Notes under the pieces: model-generated
The model's database searches: none
Told to the model about the DNA's origin: nothing
The model's input: only the letters and a program-made list of their open reading frames with translations
Source: Candidatus Latescibacterota bacterium
GTDB taxonomy: Bacteria; Latescibacterota; UBA2968; UBA8231
Reading direction: 5' to 3'
Assembly: GCA_965215195.1 (NCBI GenBank)
Contig: CBDCDC010000001.1
Location: 352,001 to 416,000, forward strand
DNA length: 64,000 nt
In this document: positions 61,378-64,000 of the stretch, piece by piece
Numbering within the stretch: the stretch's first letter is position 1
Layout of the letters: each line of letters opens with the position of its first letter
Program-made: the position numbers and the translations under genes

Positions 61378-62391
61378 CTACCGATATGGGTGCGCGCGGT
61401 AGGCAATGCGCGGGTCGAGAAGCGGATAAACCAAGTCGAGAATCAAGGTCACCACGGCGATGGCGAGGATGACCATGAGCACGACGCCGTAGATGACGAA
61501 GTAGTCAAAAGTCTGCACGGCGCGGTACAGCACCGTGCCCACACCCGGGTACGCGAACACCACCTCCACCAGCACGGCCCCGGACACGACGTAGCCCATG
61601 GCCAGCGCCAAGGCCGTAGTCTGCGGCAACAGGGCGTTGCGCAGGGCGTAGCGGAAGAAGATGTCGCGGCTCTTCAGGCCCCGGGCCTCGGCGTAGTTGA
61701 CGTAGTCCTCGCCCTGGACGGTGACCATCATGCCGCGCATCGACAAAGCCCAAAACCCCACCGACGACAGCACAATCGACAGGGCCGGGACGATGGAGTG
61801 ATAGAGCGCGTCAATGGCAAAGGCCAAGGTCGGCCCGGGCAGGGTTCCCAAGGTGAAACCGCCGCCGAGGGGAAAGGCGCGCAGGGTGAAGCCCAGCAAG
61901 AACACGAGGACCAAGCCGAGCAAGTAATAGGGAATCGCCGACAGCGCCAAGAAGGGCGCGGCAAAGTAGTGCAGGGCACCGGGGGATCGCGGCCACGCCA
62001 GCAGGGCGCCGAGCACCGTGCCGAGGGCAAAGGCGATCAGGGTCGCCGTCGTCAGCAGACCGAGCGTCCACGGCAGAGCGCGCAGGATGATGTCGGAAGC
62101 GCGGCTCGGAAAGTTGGCGATGGAAACCCCAAAGTCGAGACGCGCCACATCTCCGAGGTAGCGCAGGTACTGCTTCCACAGGGGCTGGTCGAGACCGAAG
62201 CGGGCCTCGTACGTGGCTACTACGGCCTCCATGTCGGTCTTGCCCGCGCCGCCGAAGGAGACCGCCTGCAACAGGCGCTCGCGGATGGGGTTCACCGGCG
62301 CCAGCCGCGGCATCAGGAAGTTGATGGTGGCCCCGGCCCACACGACGAGCAGGAACACCCCGAGGCGGCGGAAGACGTAGTTGAGCGACAA
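61378..62391 (-). CDS. Oligopeptide ABC permease (OppB-like)
   Basis: FGLDQPLWKQY, DFGVS, EDYV.YAEARGL, VFAYPG, LDPRI. Confidence 0.92.
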   Translation of the reverse strand: MSLNYVFRRLGVFLLVVWAGATINFLMPRLAPVNPIRERLLQAVSFGGAGKTDMEAVVATYEARFGLDQPLWKQYLRYLGDVARLDFGVSIANFPSRASDIILRALPWTLGLLTTATLIAFALGTVLGALLAWPRSPGALHYFAAPFLALSAIPYYLLGLVLVFLLGFTLRAFPLGGGFTLGTLPGPTLAFAIDALYHSIVPALSIVLSSVGFWALSMRGMMVTVQGEDYVNYAEARGLKSRDIFFRYALRNALLPQTTALALAMGYVVSGAVLVEVVFAYPGVGTVLYRAVQTFDYFVIYGVVLMVILAIAVVTLILDLVYPLLDPRIAYRAHPYR

Positions 62392-62392
62392 G

Positions 62393-63535
62393 TCAGCTTG
62401 ACTCCGCGCCGAAGAAGCCGAGGTCTTCGCGCACCGCGCCGCGCGCCACCTCCTCGTCGAGCGCGACCCCGAGACCGGGAGTTTGCGGCAAGGCGATGCG
62501 CCCGTTGACGATCAGGTCGCGCTCCACCGTGAGGCTGTTCCACAGCTCGTTGTCGAGGTGGTGGAACTCCAACACTTGAAAGTTGGGAGACGCAGCGCAC
62601 GTGTGGCACATGGCCACGGTGCCGATTGGGCTACAGATGTTGTGCGGTGAAATCGGGATGTAGTACATGTCGGCCAGATCGGCGATGCGCCGGCCCTCGG
62701 ACAGGCCGCCGGCTTTGGCCAGATCCGGGGAGATGATATCCGTGGCCTGCGTCTCGACCAACTCGCGGAATCCGTGCCGCGTGTACAGGTTTTCGCCCGT
62801 GCAGATCGGAGTGCGCGTCGCGGCCTTCACTTCCCTGAGCGCGGCGACGTTTTCGGCTGGAATTGGATCTTCCAACCACATCAAATCCAGCACCTCAAGC
62901 GCGTAGGCAACCTTGAGGATGTCGTGGGGCGCGTACGCCCAGTGGGCGTCGATGAGCAAATCGGTATTGGGATGCAAGGCTTGGCGGATCGCCGTTACTA
63001 CTTCGAGGTGGAAGGCGATGTCGCTGTTGCTCATGGTGCGGTTGTAGTGGTCGCGCCGGTTGGGGCGCGGATCAATGTCGAACTTGATGGCGTCAAAGCC
63101 GCGCGCTTCCACTGCCTTGGCCTTGGCGGCCCAAGATTCGGGATTGTCGTCCTCGTCGCCGGCGTGGCAGTCGTTGTACACGCGAATTGAGTCGCGGTAC
63201 GCGCCGCCCAGCAATTGCCAGATCGGCACGCCAAGTGCCTGTCCGGCGATATCCCACAGCGCCATCTCAATGCCGCTAATCGCACTCATCACCGCGCCTT
63301 GGTAGTACCCCGACGCCGACATTGAGCTTTGCATGTCGCGGAAGAGCTTATCGACGTTGCGCGGGTCCTCGCCGATGAGGGCGCGGTGGGTGAGGCGTTC
63401 ATCCACCGCGATGTGGTGGACGCCGGCCCCGTGATAGGCCTCGCCAATGCCGGTGATTCCCGCGTCGGTGCGCACCTTCACCAGCACCCAAGGCATGGGT
63501 TGTAGTAGCACGGCACCCACATCGACAATTTTCAT
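62393..63535 (-). CDS. Mandelate racemase/muconate lactonizing enzyme family protein
   Basis: GIEMALWDI, AIKFD, IDAH, WLEDP, TGEN, PGLG. Confidence 0.9.
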   Translation of the reverse strand: MKIVDVGAVLLQPMPWVLVKVRTDAGITGIGEAYHGAGVHHIAVDERLTHRALIGEDPRNVDKLFRDMQSSMSASGYYQGAVMSAISGIEMALWDIAGQALGVPIWQLLGGAYRDSIRVYNDCHAGDEDDNPESWAAKAKAVEARGFDAIKFDIDPRPNRRDHYNRTMSNSDIAFHLEVVTAIRQALHPNTDLLIDAHWAYAPHDILKVAYALEVLDLMWLEDPIPAENVAALREVKAATRTPICTGENLYTRHGFRELVETQATDIISPDLAKAGGLSEGRRIADLADMYYIPISPHNICSPIGTVAMCHTCAASPNFQVLEFHHLDNELWNSLTVERDLIVNGRIALPQTPGLGVALDEEVARGAVREDLGFFGAESS

Positions 63536-63691
63536 CGCTACCCTTCTCTGTCGCTATTCTCAATCTGCGCGAGACATTGGTGCGTCCTTCCCGTTGAATG
63601 AAGATACGCTCCTCATTACATTGAAGGCGTCCAAAGCGCCGCCAATGTATTGCCCCCCCCACCCTCCGTCAAGCTCTTTAGGAGAAACCAC

Positions 63692-64000
63692 ATGATCCGC
63701 CTCAACCAACAGCAAATCAGCTTTTTCGACACCTTCGGCTACTTGGCACTGCCGGGGTTGATGGCCGACTGCATCGACGAGATCACCGACGCCTTTGAGC
63801 AGGTTTGGGCCGAGCGCGGCGGGGGCCACGATGGCCAACCGCACGATGGCGAACGGCGTTCCTGCATCGTGCCCTTCATCGATCAACACGAGCGCCTGTG
63901 CGCCCTGCTCGACGATCCGCGCATCGAAGGGCTGCTCGCCAGCCTGCTCGGCGACGACTTCAACTACAGCAGCTCCGACGGCAACTACTACGCCGGCGAC
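63692..64000 (+). CDS. Phytanoyl-CoA dioxygenase (PhyH) family, partial
   Basis: MIRLNQQQISFFDTFGYLALPGL...; AGGAG RBS; runs off window. Confidence 0.75.
   Translation, partial: MIRLNQQQISFFDTFGYLALPGLMADCIDEITDAFEQVWAERGGGHDGQPHDGERRSCIVPFIDQHERLCALLDDPRIEGLLASLLGDDFNYSSSDGNYYAGD

Noticed and set aside
60475-62508. 677-aa plus-strand ORF and similar long antisense ORFs (7688, 38688, 40944, 51354 alternative frame)
   Set aside because: Shadow frames of well-supported genes in GC-rich DNA with no motifs.

Overview
GC-rich bacterial chromosomal window. The TonB receptor/secreted protein/PorV-like triad, DUF6785/OPT-like transporters, sulfatase, PhyH and many AAA-nuclease genes suggest an FCB-group organism such as Ca. 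Latescibacterota (inference only). Core genes are an ilvC-leuA-leuC-leuD-leuB-cimA operon with a sigma70 promoter and a Leu/Ile-rich leader peptide, an M28-FtsX/DUF6785/OPT-like membrane operon, an NRAMP-like transporter, two Gfo/Idh/MocA oxidoreductases, an Opp/Dpp ABC operon and an enolase-superfamily gene. These operons are repeatedly interrupted by small, mostly AT-richer, integrase-free islets of defence or toxin-antitoxin cargo. The cargo includes a HEPN protein ending in a Doc-antitoxin-like tail next to Doc, HicBA, an NDT/TIR-like effector plus wHTH gene, a Zorya-II-like locus with a T7 frameshift, a Schlafen-AlbA gene and AAA ATPases. Several islets are bracketed by direct repeats, mostly copies of a neighbouring gene's own start or end (56, 53, 100, about 54, 15 and 10 bp), and the host gene stays intact. 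This recurring architecture and the candidate defence modules are the most interesting signals. No rRNA, tRNA, CRISPR array, integrase or reverse transcriptase was recognised. Family names come from motif recognition and recall, not database searches.
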